Positions 25,811 through 40,415 of a DNA stretch of 64,000 nucleotides are shown one piece after another (positions within the stretch are counted from its first letter, which is position 1; each line of letters begins with the position of its first letter). The notes beneath the pieces were generated by a model that was not told where the DNA came from, did no database searches, and was given only the letters and a program-made list of their open reading frames with translations. Origin of the DNA: Octopus vulgaris (Eukaryota); assembly GCA_951406725.2 (NCBI GenBank), contig OX597821.1, positions 69,750,001 through 69,814,000 of the forward strand, in the 5' to 3' direction. Position numbers and translations under genes: made by a program.

Positions 25811-27020
25811 AGACTTCATTATTCTGTCTTTTGTGCCATTTATATAGAAACAAATATGCATGGTTAGAGGCGCTGTCGAGCAGATCTTTACAAATGACGA
25901 TACGGTAACGACAACCGACCGAGGACTGATGCATTTCACCCCATATTAAATCTTTATAATGAAAGTTGATGCGAGTTCAGCAGATAACATCGGTAACACA
26001 CTCCCGTGGCATGATGCTTCGGATCTTGGCAATATATTTATGTTACAAGCGATAGTCCCTAAATGGAGACTTACAAAGTCGAAAGTAATATTGGAGTTGG
26101 AGCTAAATTTGTTTCGTCGAAATCTCAATGTCGGGTTGAGATACTTTGTATCTTGATGTAAAAGAACCGGATCAGCGGAAGCCGGAAACCTCTTTTTAAT
26201 ACTCAGTGATAATGTCAGGGCAGTCTAGTCCAAATTCCTAATCACAATTTTCCTTCCAAAATGGCTAATATAATATCTAGTGCCATTGCTTTACAATCTT
26301 GGTTTCACTAAGTCGTATCTTAAAATTCAATATTTTTAAATCTTACATGGAAATTCAATCTAAATCTAGTTTTAGATGTTGTTTCACCGGAGTGTGATTA
26401 TGCTAATAATAAACACACGCACTGGTTCTGTTTCACTTCTTTATTATTAGTACATTGGTTAACCATTTAATCTGATGTGTTGATTTAGGTTGATTAATCG
26501 TGGAGTCAATCTTCTAGGTTTGCCAACCAATCAATCAGCCAGTCAATGATCCTTCGTTGCCATTCAGCACTTCATCAATGACATGCTCTCTCTACTTCAA
26601 GACAGTTCAATTCTGAAGCAGACCTGAAGGAGAATCATGCTAACCAAATACAAAACCAGAATATTCTAGTTCTAGATTTTTATCGAAAATTGATATTTTA
26701 AAGTTGAACTGTATTTATCATATTATGTGGAAAAAATGTAATCGAAATTGTTTAAGAAAGTTAATTTAGTTCAATGAACGGAATGTAGATATATATCAAA
26801 TACAAACACACAAAAGGTCAGCTGTATTTATATAAGGAAGTGAAAACAACCGCCGAGACAGCATACGTTCATATATATATTACGGAGATGTACTTGCATA
26901 GCGAGTGACTTGATCTAAGATCATGTGCTGTAACGAAAACAATTGCAGCGTGGAAGGTGTTTATAAGCCATTTAAGAAACACACAAAAACCGTTTGATTC
27001 ACTTCAACATTTAAATTTAA

Positions 27021-27070
27021 TTTGTCAAAATATTTTCGTCGCTTTGAGACCGCGACCTGTTCGCTGACAA
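27021..27070 (-). ncRNA. Variant hammerhead motif (G3-C8 swap) within a ~210-bp element (26880-27092) flanked by (TA)n
   Basis: Minus strand: TTTGTCA-GCGAACA-g-GTCGC ggtctcaaa GCGAC-GAA-AATATT-T-TGACAAA. 7-bp stem I, 5-bp stem II, palindromic stem III. Confidence 0.6.
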
Positions 27071-27212
27071 AACTTCGTGCTGCATCTCTTGTATATATAT
27101 ATATATATTATAATAAAGGGTAAAAATCATTAATGGTTTTATCAAGCGCGGAAATAAAAGGTGAATTTTACAAATATAATAATTATATTTAATAATTCTG
27201 TATATGATTATC

Positions 27213-27274
<62 letters not shown>

Positions 27275-27830
27275 TAGACTGCCTCACAAGTATATATATA
27301 TGTGTGTGTGTATGTATCTTAGTGCTAGTTTCTCCAAGGCCCCATGGAACATTGAATCATTGGGTAAAGAGAATTCTTCATCTACCAAGGTTGCCAACCT
27401 TCCCATAAGGCTGCTCCAACATACATGCACACATACGCTCTTACACACTTACAAACATTTGTATACGTATATCCACAAACACACACGTATTTGAGAGTAT
27501 TTTTAGGCATATGTTTATGTATGTGTGTGTATGCGCGTGTGTGTGTGTGCTTTTGTGTGTGTGCGTGCGCGCTCATAGCCATGTCTTCAGATTCGGTGTT
27601 ATATTTCATTCTTCTTTCGTCTTGAATACTTTAAAAATAATGCAATGAATATGAGACAACGAGTGAAAAGAGGAAATGAAAGCGTAACGGCAGCCATATA
27701 TGTATGTATGTATGTATGTTTGTATGTATGTATGTATGTATGTATGTATGTATGTATGTATGTATGTAGTTAGATAGATAGATAGATAGGTTGGTAGGTA
27801 GGTAGGTAGGTAGGTAGGTAGGTAGGTAGG

Positions 27831-27862
<32 letters not shown>

Positions 27863-27971
27863 TAGATAGATAGACAGATAGATAGATAGGGGGATAGATG
27901 GATAGATAGATAGATAGATAGATTGATTGATTGATTGATAGGTATATAGATAGATACATATATAGATAGAG

Positions 27972-28003
<32 letters not shown>

Positions 28004-28939
28004 TAATAAACAGACAGATAAACAGATGGATAGATAGACATAAATATTCATAAACCCATGATGATATATATATGTATACGTATGTATGTACGTATGTATG
28101 TACGTATGTATGTATGTATGTATGTATGTATGTATGTATGAGAGGCAAAAATTAACCGGATGCACAAAACGAAAACTTCTTCAAATTGTCAGTAGAATAT
28201 GAGTGAAAAGGAGAAAGTTTGTGATGTCTGCCATTATGGACCAAACAGCAAAACGGAAAGAAGCAGCACAGTTTAGAGATTCATTATCACAAGACTAACA
28301 AAGTTTGGCTGAATTGTATATTTGTAAGATTTGCACCAACGTTTGTCTATGCAGATTCAATAGATATGTTTAGCTTGGCAGAGGATATGAAAAAGAAATA
28401 GGTTTTTGTTTTACAGCGGAAGAATCAAGCATTTTTTCTTCTTCTTTAGTTATTTGCCATGACTACGAAAGGTCTTGCAATATTTCTATCAAAATCCACG
28501 GATTACTTTGTCCCCCGTCTTTCATAATTTTCTGTTGCAAAATGTTCGTTATTATAAGTGGTAAATAGAGAATTTTGTACGGTTTCGTTAACAACCCCGG
28601 CAATATTCATGAATTGAAGGACAAGGGACATCTTTTTATTTGGGCCTGAACACAACAGATTATTTCTGAAGATGTTTACAGATTGTAAAACACGAATGAA
28701 AGGCTAAGGAAAGGATTTGTTGGGAAAGAAAGAAGGAAGGAAGGAAGGAAGGAAAGAAGGAAAGAAAGAAGGAAAGAAAGAAAGACAGGTGGAATTCAAG
28801 AAGACGTATTGAAGAAAATGAAATAAAATGAATGATACGATGATACATCTGTATATTCATTTTGTCCTATTCCCCTCTCTCTCTCTCTTTCTGTCCGCCT
28901 GTCCATCTCTCTCTCTTTCTCTGAATCTATACATACATA

Positions 28940-29300
28940 CTTTTATCTTATTTTACTTCTTTCAGTTATTGTACTGCGGCCATGCTAGAGCACCACCTTG
29001 AAACGTTTTACTCGAACAAATCCACTCCTGTACTTTTTTTCGTTTTTTTTGTGTTTTTTTTTTTTTTTGTAAGTCTGGTACAAATGCAATCACTCTCTTT
29101 TACTGCACCGCTAACTTACGGAGACATAAACAAACCAACACTGGTTCTCAAGCAGTGTGTGTGTGTGTGGGGGGGGGCAGTACAGACACAAATACAAAGA
29201 CACGTACGCGCGCGCACACACACATAGACACACACACATATATGCATATGAACAACAGGCTTCTTTCAGTTTTCGTCAATGAAATTCTCTCAGAAGCCAT
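28940..29300 (-). mobile_element. Diverged, 5'-truncated SINE family 1 copy
   Basis: Reverse complement of the family 1 tail and body (gcggccatgct.gagcacc...ggcttctttcagttt). Confidence 0.75.
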
Positions 29301-30479
29301 TGACTGAATCCGAAACCCCGTGATTGCCAACGATATTCCAGATATGATCGTCAATAACCTTGCATCTTGGACGGATCCAAAACCTGTGAAGAAAATTGGG
29401 TGAAATGCTAAAAGGAAACTGGGTAGAAACCCGTCACAAGGGCGATAACTGTAATTCCCACTTCCAGAAATTCTTTTTCAGAAATTACGTTCATGCAGCA
29501 CATGTCCGCAAAATGCTGAGGCACCTCGCACAATAAAGCAAGAATTGATAATAAATAGCATTTCAGATACCTTTATTTCTTCTTGCTTAATTACTTGCCT
29601 ATTGTCACACTCAGCTCATTTTCATTTCATCAAAATATATCTGCAAGCTGGCAGAAAGAAACGATAGCACGCCGAGCGAAATGCTTAGCGCTATTTCGCC
29701 TGTCTTTACGTTCTATGTTCACATTCAGCCGAGGTCTGTATTTAGAAAATTATTGGAGACACCCGCAAGAAAAAGGAGAGAAATGAAGGATAGGTAAAAT
29801 TTATGGACAGGAAAATGACAGCAAAAACAAAACACTTTATATCGTGTGCTTACTATAAATTGCGAGATACTGTTGAGCTGTATTTACGGCACCTACCGAG
29901 AAAGCTCCTTCAGACAGGGCCTTTTCTTTTCTGATAGATTTAATACGGCCCCCGGTTTGAAATTATCATCTGACCGATGGGGACTTTTTAGTTTGGTGAG
30001 GCAGATAGAAAGGCAAAAGGAGTGTGATGGATGATTGGGCAGGCGTCGGAGTGCAAAATAACAGATCATAATGGTATGATCCCTTATTTATAGCGGTCTG
30101 CTGGCTTTCAGTAACAATGCCAATCTAAGGCGTTTTAGAAGTTATCCATAATCCCTGACATGAAAGTCTTCTAGAGCAGACCAGCCATATCATTCTTGAG
30201 ACCGGCAAGCAGCAGAAAAAACGTGCCATACAAACTGAAATCAATGACACTTCTCATCCAGTAATCTTCAAAGATATCGAACCATATCTGTGCATCAGTT
30301 GTCATAACATACCAAACAACCAGCGTGAAGACTGTTGCCATCAGGTGCACTACATGCTCAGTGGGCCACGGCCCGTCAACAACAAGCGGAAGAAGAGACT
30401 CTTCCCATGCAGTTAGACGAAAACTAGCGCATTACGAAGGGTCACTAGTAACTTACAACGTAGGTTATATAAACGTTTT

Positions 30480-30850
30480 CCACCTCTGCCCGACTTTTTA
30501 GAGATAGCTACCTCTTGGATTAATTCTGAATGAGATTGGCTGACATGCTCAATAGCATCGCCACAGTTCCATTTGCAAGCACCGCCCGAATTAGACGCCT
30601 AGCATTTGACGTGCTCTGTCGGTCCAGCGTCCCAAAACGTTGTTCGAGTGCGAGAATTGGTATCTCCTGAAGCCGAGTTGCAAATCCACCAACTTCTCCG
30701 GTGTAATCTTTACTCTTACCACAACCTGATATTTCTTTACAATGGTGCCGACTACTTTCACTTCCCTGAATTTTGATACCATTACGTTGGCACCGTCTGC
30801 ATATGCTGACACTATTCTACGTCCTAGACCGCACGGGATATCCTTCATAA
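30480..30850 (-). mobile_element. RT fragment of an L1/Tx1-type LINE
   Basis: RIVSAYADGANVMV (YADD-like)..VGTIVKKYQ..KI..EK..LQLG..MLGV. Confidence 0.6.
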
Positions 30851-30851
30851 T

Positions 30852-30884
<33 letters not shown>

Positions 30885-30887
<3 letters not shown>

Positions 30888-31400
30888 TCTTTTTATTGGC
30901 CACAAGGGCTAACAAATATGATTGGAAAACATAAAGGGACAAAACAGGACGAAAGGTTACAAAAAGATTTGTCCATTTGTGAAAAGAAAAACGAGTAAAA
31001 AGCAGTTTAACAACGAAAATATAACAACGAAAAACTCCCAATAGGGGGAGGCGTTACGAAAAAAGAAAAGGTCTCACGTGGAAAAACCCATAAAAGCCAC
31101 GGGAGCCTGGTCAAAAGTGGGGTAGAGAGCCCCTTTCTCCTTTTATAATACCTTTTTCAATTACAGGCGAAACCTCAGTATTGGTCCATTTATACTGGTC
31201 ATTCTTGCACAATTCACCCACCTTTCAGAACACTTGCTATCAGGCAGCACTCTCCTCTCTAACCTCATCTTCCTTTTCAAGTGAAACTTGAAAAAGTTGA
31301 TGAGGCCTTGACCAAAGAGGAAAGTGTCTGACTTTAGCCCTTTCAAATGGGTCCACCATACAACCTCTTTCGCCACAGCCACTAAGCACAGGAAAACGGT
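30885..31400 (-). mobile_element. 3' end of an L1/Tx1-type LINE with AATAAA and an (ATT)n tail
   Basis: AVAKEVVWWT..FFKFHLKRKMRLER..ERWV C-terminus, then a T-rich UTR ending ...tgtggccAATAAAaagaattattatt on the minus strand. Confidence 0.6.
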
Positions 31401-31419
31401 CTTATAATAATACCATTAA

Positions 31420-32395
31420 TAATGATAAAGCTTTGACCACGAACTAAAGAGACAACCTTAGGAATGAGCAAGTGTCTCCGCTGTACCGCATCTGCAATAG
31501 GGTGGGTGGAACCATTGCTCGTATGACGAACGAATGTCCAAGACCTGCCCCAGACCACTTGAAGTTGTGGCGACACGACCAGAAAGCGAAACTGCTACAT
31601 TGGAAACTGCGAAAAGTGGGGGCTAGCGAGAGGCAAGATGTGGTATGAGTACAGACCGCAGAGAGTGGCAGAGTTGGAGAGTAGCAACATACTCTGTGAT
31701 TTCCCATTCCAAAAAGATCAAATGTTAGAACATAACAAACCAGACTTAGTGGCGGTGGACAAGGTGCACCATATATGCTATATAGTTGATGTTGCATGCC
31801 CCTTTAACCCACGAATAGCCAAGAAGGTTGGCGAAAAGATAGATAAATACAACTCTCTTAAATAGGAAATAACCCGGCTATGGAAAATGAAGACGGTGAA
31901 GATAGTGCCAATTATTGTTGGGCCCTTGGAAACAGTATCAGAAGGCATCAAAGAGAACATAAAGAAAATCGGAATAGAGCGCCTAGTAGAAATGTTACAA
32001 AAGTTTTGCCTCCTCTAACAGCCAGAATAATCAGCAATGGACAGCTTGGTACCGTAGGCTGCAGGTAGCAAGCCCACTGCACATGTAAGACTCCAAGAGC
32101 TCCAACAAAACCTGCGATAAAGAGATATGATGATTTGAAGATGGAAATAAAAAGACTGATTTTTGAATCAGTTGTTGGGACCCTAGGAACTCTAAGTACC
32201 AAACTCACAAACTGAATCGAAAAGATAAAAGCTCATTGGAAGGTAGAGCACCGACAGAAATCAGAGATGCTCGGTACTGCACGAATCCTCTGTAGAGTTC
32301 TCGAAGTCTGAATGAAGAATGTAACCATCGTCCAGTGACGATGGACAGCTGACGCTTTGAGACATTCCCCAGCGAAGTTAACTGTTAAACAACAA
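31420..32395 (+). mobile_element. Two abutting 3' fragments of R4/Dong-like LINEs
   Basis: ILCDFPFQKD..HNKPDLV..IVDVACP..EKIDKY. The second piece YDDLKMEIK..LGTARIL has a UTR like 5590-5632. Confidence 0.85.
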
Positions 32396-32631
32396 TAACA
32401 ATCGTTATTATGTGTATATGTTGTACATGTATGTTTGTGTCAGTGTGTGTATAGTATAAACATATTGATGCAGACCTTTACAAATGTATTCTCTACTCCG
32501 CCAGCACACCTATGTACGTATATCTTCATACGTTGCTGCTCTTCTTTTTACGCTATTATTCATTCTAGTACTTTATTGAAAGCGATCTTCACTTCTACCT
32601 CTTACCATTCTGTCACAAACACACACAAACA

Positions 32632-32717
<86 letters not shown>

Positions 32718-33225
32718 CGCAAACACACATGCGCGCGCGCCGCTGACATAGTTGTCGTTTCCGTTGTCATTCTGTTTTAGGCGGGAAAAATGATAAGTGG
32801 GGAAACGACTGCGAGCGAACCAAGCAATTCAGTCACGTGTGCCACGAAGAGTGTGTTCAAAGCGATGTTGTATTCAATCGGAGAAAAAGTTAACGAATTA
32901 TTTTCAAGAGTCTTCATGCCGAGTCTCGTTATTATTGGCCAACTGCGAGTGTTTCACGCGAATATAAAGGGTTGCCTGACCGGCTTACTGGTTGACTGGC
33001 TGCCTGTTGTTGGGCAGAAGCTTACAATAATAGACACACACAATTACTCGCTTAAACGAAACAAAACAACAACGTCCGTTCATTCGAAAATGTTTGTTAT
33101 ATCTATGTAGGTAGTGTGCGTGTGTGTGTGCATGTGTGTGCGTGTGTGTCGTGCGCGCGTGTGTGTGTGTGTGCGTGAGTGTCGTGCATGCGTGCGTGTG
33201 TGTGTGAATACATACATTTATATTA

Positions 33226-33605
33226 CTCTTTTACTCTTTTACTTGTTTCAGTCATTTGACTGCGGCCATGCTGGAGCACCGCCTTTAATCGAGCAACTCG
33301 ACCTCGGGACTTATTTTATTGTAAGCCCAGTACTTATTCTATCGGTCTCTTTGCCGAACCGCTAAGTAACGGGGACATAAACACACCAGCATCGGTTGTC
33401 AAGCGTTGTTGGGAGGGGACAAACACAGACACACACACACACATACATATATATATACATATATACGACGGGCTTCTTTCAGTTTCCGCCTACCAAATCC
33501 ACTTACAAGGCTTTGGTCGGCCCGAGGCTATAGTAGAAGACACTTGCCCAAGGTGCCACGCAGTGGGACTGAACCCGGAACCATGTGGTTGGTAAACAAG
33601 CTGTT
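33226..33605 (-). mobile_element. SINE family 1 copy
   Basis: Reverse complement of 13160-13540. Confidence 0.9.
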
Positions 33606-33844
33606 CAACACATACATATACGGATGCATAGATGTATATTCATATGTGCACGTGCGAGTGCTACCGTGTGTGTGTGCATTGCATGTATATGTAAGGGGAG
33701 AGCATCATGAAAAACATATTGATATATCGATGAGTTTCCATATTAAGACGAGTAAAATTTGTTTTATTTTTCGTGTTTAACTGAAACATTCTAACGCGCA
33801 TTTTATATTTATGAGTGCATTATGTGTATAATATAATGATATAT

Positions 33845-33890
<46 letters not shown>

Positions 33891-33901
33891 TGTGTGTGTC
33901 A

Positions 33902-33937
<36 letters not shown>

Positions 33938-34094
33938 AGAAAGGGGGGAAGGAAGAGAATAGAGAGAGAGATATGTTTAGAAATGAACAGATTGTATTTG
34001 CTTAATTATATGCATACACAAATGCTTCGAAAAGTCATACATGCATACGTACACACGTATACACACACAACCATCTCTCTCATTCTCTCTCTCT

Positions 34095-34854
<760 letters not shown>

Positions 34855-34977
34855 CGAGTGAGATAGATAGATTGATAGATAGAAAGATAGATACTCGTAC
34901 ACGTATTTGAAATAATATATAAGTGCTGAACAAAAACTTATAAGCGGATTTAGTAGACGGTAACTGAATATCTTCCG

Positions 34978-35021
<44 letters not shown>

Positions 35022-35088
35022 CTACCTACCTACATACATACATACATACATACATACACATATACATATCTGCACACGCATACACATT

Positions 35089-35162
<74 letters not shown>

Positions 35163-35179
35163 AATCTGATAGATATATA

Positions 35180-35998
35180 TATGGTTTGATCAATAAGTAT
35201 CCGGACTGTTGCCATACTAGCGAAGCTAAAGCTAAAGAACGCAAAGTGAAGCTGCTTGGCAAAGATTGACCTTGAACTTTGCTGTGCATGCGCACTAAGT
35301 TTTAACGTTCTAGTTCACTTCCACTGTTTACAGCAGTGCTTGGAAGGAAGGTGTGTAGCGCGTGATCATCGCTTTGACCATGACAGAGAGTGTTATCATG
35401 GCGATACCTGCTCAGAAACCTACACAAAGTTGCAGAAAGTCCTGGGAGTACGTCCTGGAAAACCCGGAACCAGCAGGACTGAGAAACACATCGCAGATGT
35501 GCGTGCAGCTGTGATGGAAATCATGGAATCACCATCCGTGAGTTATCAGAGAATGTGCAGATTAGTTACGGTTCAGTTCATTCCATTACCACTGAAGATT
35601 TGGGTATGAGACGCGTGTCTGCCAAATTTGTGCCAAAACTACTTTCAGCTCACCAAAAAGACACTCGGGTTTCAGTGGCACAAGATCTCCTTGACTGTGT
35701 CGAGAACTATGAAATATTTTTAAAAACTTTGCGTAGGCCTCTGAGCAGGTCTCCCCAAGATCTTGGTAAAATTTGAAGCAGATTCTCTGCTCAACTTCTT
35801 CTCTCATGGTGAATGCGACGATCATACGCTACACACCTTCCTTCCAAGCACTGCTGTCGACATGGGAGGTCAGCTAAAGCGTTAAGACTTAATACGCAAG
35901 CACAATTAAGTTTAAGGTCAATCTGTGGCAAGCAGCTTTACTCTGCGCGCTTTAGCTCCGTTACTATAGCAACAGTTCGGGGACTTATTAATCAGACC

Positions 35999-36001
<3 letters not shown>
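35180..36001. mobile_element. Fold-back mariner derivative made of two inverted 5' ends
   Basis: Inverted arms ~35180-35430 and ~35725-36001. Plus-strand LGMRRVSAKFVPKLLS; minus-strand N-terminus MREEVEQRICFKF..LGETCSEAYAK. TA context. Confidence 0.8.
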
Positions 36002-36035
<34 letters not shown>

Positions 36036-36095
36036 CAGCCTTGAGGATGCGGGCTATATATGTGTGTGTGTGTGTGTGTGTCTGTGTGTGTGTGT

Positions 36096-36392
36096 GGAAG
36101 CGCAATGGTTAGGGCAGCGAACTCGCGGTTGTAGTATCGCGGTTTCGATTCCCAGACCGGGCGTTGTGAGTGTTTATTGAACGAAGACATCTAAAGCTCC
36201 ACGCGGCTTCGCAAGGGGGTGGTGGCGATCCCTGCTGTACTCTTTCGCCACCACTTTCTCTCACTCTTTCTTCTGTTGGCCCGCTCGCTTAGCCTGCGGG
36301 GTGGCGTCATTTGAAGGCTAAAAAAACAATGCGAAGCGCATTGTGACCAGCGATGTGTAGCAACATCTGATAGCCTTGTCGGTCACGGTGAT
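36096..36392 (+). mobile_element. tRNA-derived SINE (another family)
   Basis: ggaagcgcaatggttagggcagcg...ggtttcgattccc (B box); ends at an (ATA/AAAT)n tail. Confidence 0.7.
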
Positions 36393-36408
36393 AATAATAA
36401 ATAAATAA

Positions 36409-36473
<65 letters not shown>

Positions 36474-36497
36474 TATAGATGTATATATATATTTTCT

Positions 36498-36542
<45 letters not shown>

Positions 36543-36547
<5 letters not shown>

Positions 36548-36925
36548 CGCCGGGAGGAATACATGATTTGTGTTATGTGGAAAATATTCCATCAATATTG
36601 CACAAATTGGCATCAATTGTAAAATCCATCCAAGACTTGGCCCCTGTGCTATCCGCCCGCTACAAAAATCGAACTCGGTACACATAGCAACATTACGTCA
36701 CAATTACTTTACCTCAACCGGACCAGCTCTCTTTAATACCATACCAAAATATGTCAAAAACGGAAACGGATCCCATGAAATTCAAATGTTCACCAGACAA
36801 ATTTTTTCAAAATATCCAGGACCAACCTTTTACAACGTGCCCCAACTATGACTAAAAGACTTCACCAGGTGGTGTTATTCAGTTAGACGTGGCCGGGGTC
36901 TATACTGGCCGAAACCTATCAAAGT
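36543..36925 (+). mobile_element. 3' fragment of a CR1-group LINE
   Basis: [43 protein letters not shown]; typical post-RT C-terminus. Confidence 0.55.
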
Positions 36926-36998
36926 TAGCAAATTTACATATATATGCATATGCATAAATATACATATGTGTATATGTGTGTGTGTGTGTGTGTGTATG

Positions 36999-37030
<32 letters not shown>

Positions 37031-37164
37031 CCTGTATGTATGTATATATAGTTCCATATATGTATCTGTATGCTCGTATATATATATAGTTGAAATTTAC
37101 AGAAAAACAAGAAAGGTTTATAAACAAGTAGGTGTATTAGTTTGACGTTCTGGAAGGTGAGAAA

Positions 37165-37205
37165 GTCTTATACGTTTCGAGCCTACGCTCTTTAACAGGA
37201 AGGAA
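37165..37205 (-). ncRNA. Degenerate hammerhead-like motif in a TA-flanked repeat (37088-37245)
   Basis: Minus strand: CTGTTAA-a-GAGC gtag GCTC-GAAAC-GTA. Stems II/III are intact but the core deviates from CUGANGA. Related fragments at ~38705-38735 and ~55295-55380. Confidence 0.4.
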
Positions 37206-37272
37206 CACGAGGAAATATACTGAGAGAGAATTTAAAAAGAAACTATATATACATATACGTACATATATATAA

Positions 37273-37312
<40 letters not shown>

Positions 37313-37705
37313 ACATATATATGCATGCATACATATATATATGTATATATACACGTATATATATATATATATATATATATATACGTGTATATATATACAT
37401 ATATATATGTACAAATATGTATATATACATATATATGTATATATACATATATATGTATATATAAACACACACTTATATATACACACTTAAATATATATGT
37501 ACATCTATGTATATATATATATATATATGTATGTATACAGAGAGATGTAAAAAACTATATACATGTATATATATACATATATATGTATGTATATATACAG
37601 GTATATATATATACGTATGTACATACAGGTATATTTACATATGTATATATAAACACCCACATATATATACACACTTAAATATATATGTAAAAATATGTAC
37701 CTATG

Positions 37706-37736
<31 letters not shown>

Positions 37737-38385
37737 GCACACACATATATATATATATATATATACATACACACACAAACACTCGTAGGTATGATATATA
37801 TGTATGTATGTATGCATGTATACACACCTTTACTCATAACTGTAAATATACCTGTTCATATGCGCAAACATACTCACGCGTAGTCCCAAACAAATACACA
37901 CACACTCACACGCAGAGACACTCTCTCACACACAAACACGAACGCATATATTTTTTGTTTATATATACGCATACAAGATCGAACACGGGTGATTATTTTG
38001 AGCTAGTCTCATTACGAGAGAGTATTCAGTGTATATATCATTGTAGTATGCCTTCAAACTGTAAACAGACACGCGACTCTTGGCCGTATGTGTAGATCAC
38101 GTGCCGGCTCTACGACGTCGAGATCACGTGCACAACACCACTCCAAGTGTCTCTTCAGAGTTTTGCTGTTTCTCCCTGCGCCGTCCTAACTTTGTTGAGT
38201 GGATAAACAGATTTGATGCCTTCAACATATTCATTTAAAAATATGCGCATCTCTCTAGGGCTGCACATACGTAATACATTACCACATACGTACGTGCACA
38301 CACACACACACATACATAAAAATATGCAAAATATATATATTATATGTATGTATACATATAGCATATAATGTATATACTTCCATAA

Positions 38386-38497
<112 letters not shown>

Positions 38498-38730
38498 GCC
38501 CGGGAACAGGAGGTGCAGGGGTTACCAGCACACCTCCAAAAATTTTAGTCGGGTTTAAAATCAAAATTGCCCCCGCCCCCTATTTACTTTTCTCAGATTT
38601 AGGATACAATGAGTAGTAAGTCTTCTGTCAAAAAGTAGCTCAAAGTTATGTTTCTTCTCAAAGAACGTAATAAAAAATAACACGACCTTTTTGTAAATAT
38701 TTTTGGGCCTTTTGTTTTTCTGTAAATTTC

Positions 38731-38778
<48 letters not shown>

Positions 38779-38914
38779 GTGTATACAGATACATATATGG
38801 ACATATATATACATACATACAGATATATCGATTATTCTATGAAAAACATACTTATACCGTCCAGAGAACTATACTCGAAGAAACTTTTGGAGATTCAACG
38901 GTTTTTTTTATGGA

Positions 38915-39000
38915 TAGTGTTTTGTCTTAACTGATGAGATACCGGAGCAGACTTCAGTGCCGATATCCGAAACTCTGAGTTTTATTATGACGACAAACTA
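38915..39000 (+). ncRNA. Type I hammerhead ribozyme motif
   Basis: gtcttaa-CTGATGA(38931-38937)-GATAcCGG...CCGaTATC-c-GAAA(38969-38972)-CTC t GAG-TT-ttattatgac. Outer complementarity between tagt.ttttgtc and gacaaacta. Confidence 0.7.
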
Positions 39001-39008
39001 ATTGTCAT

Positions 39009-39009
<1 letters not shown>

Positions 39010-39063
<54 letters not shown>

Positions 39064-39137
39064 CATTATTATTATTATCATTAGTATTATTATTATTATT
39101 ATCATTATTATCATTATTATTATTATTGTTATTATTA

Positions 39138-39223
<86 letters not shown>

Positions 39224-39250
39224 GTTATTATTATTATTATTATTAGTATT
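39010..39250. repeat. (ATT)n tract
   Basis: Directly visible. Confidence 0.95.
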
Positions 39251-39852
39251 ATATATATATATATATGTGTATATATAGCTTCTGGAATCCGTAGTAGTTT
39301 TCTTCTATTTTTTGTTTGTTAGCTTCTTCATCATTATATCTTAAGTGGTTTATGCCGCCGCATGTTAACATATTAGTTGTTCAATCTCTAATTAATTTCT
39401 TTGTTGATGTATGTATGTATATGAGTGTGGCAGTACCTACACATAACTAAGGAAATATATACTCACTCGTATTTGTATGCGCCACGTTTATGCGTAAACA
39501 CATGTACATATACACACGTGTACTCCCAAATACAAATCAGGCATGCACACTCTCTCACACACACACGCACAAATGCACGTGCACACGGACACAAGGACAC
39601 ACATATAATGTAACTGAAAGTTAAAATCTGTTTCGGAACTCTAGGCTCTTTAGGTCAGAGAAGCCCGTCTCCCATCGTCCACCAAAAATGAAACGCGGAT
39701 CCTTTGGAAGGTTAACCTCCAGCTCATCTGCTAGTGCCTTGCTCAAGACACAATACATGCCTAACTCAGAATTGAACCTGTAAACTTCAGATCAGGAACT
39801 AAGTTACGTGCCTTCTTACATATGCATTTATTCACACATACTCAGAAATATC

Positions 39853-39933
<81 letters not shown>

Positions 39934-39946
39934 GTCTATCTGTCTA

Positions 39947-39998
<52 letters not shown>

Positions 39999-40041
39999 CC
40001 TGCCCGTTCGTCAGTCTCTCTCTCTCTCCCTTTCTCTTTCA

Positions 40042-40090
<49 letters not shown>

Positions 40091-40193
40091 ATATATACAC
40101 ACACACACACACATATATATATATATGTATATAAACATATATGCATATACATATGTATATATACGTATATATATGTATATATATACATATAAC

Positions 40194-40239
<46 letters not shown>

Positions 40240-40256
40240 CGTGTGCGTGTATAACT

Positions 40257-40415
40257 GGTGTGGCTGTGTGGTAAGAAGCTTGTTTCCTAGCCACGTTGTT
40301 CCGGATTCAGTCCCACTGGATGGCCACTTGAGTAAGTGTCTTCTCCTATAGCTTCGGGTGGACCAAAGGTTTGCTAGTGGATTTGGTAGACGGAAACTGA
40401 AAGAAGCCCATCGTA
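40257..40415 (+). mobile_element. 5' half of SINE family 1
   Basis: gtggctgtgtggtaagaagcttg...gacggaaactgaaagaagccc. Confidence 0.8.

Noticed and set aside
25820-26400. Possible zinc-knuckle remnants on the minus strand (YCQDPKHH..CYRC)
   Set aside because: Too many stops and too little context to assign; possibly an old LINE ORF1.
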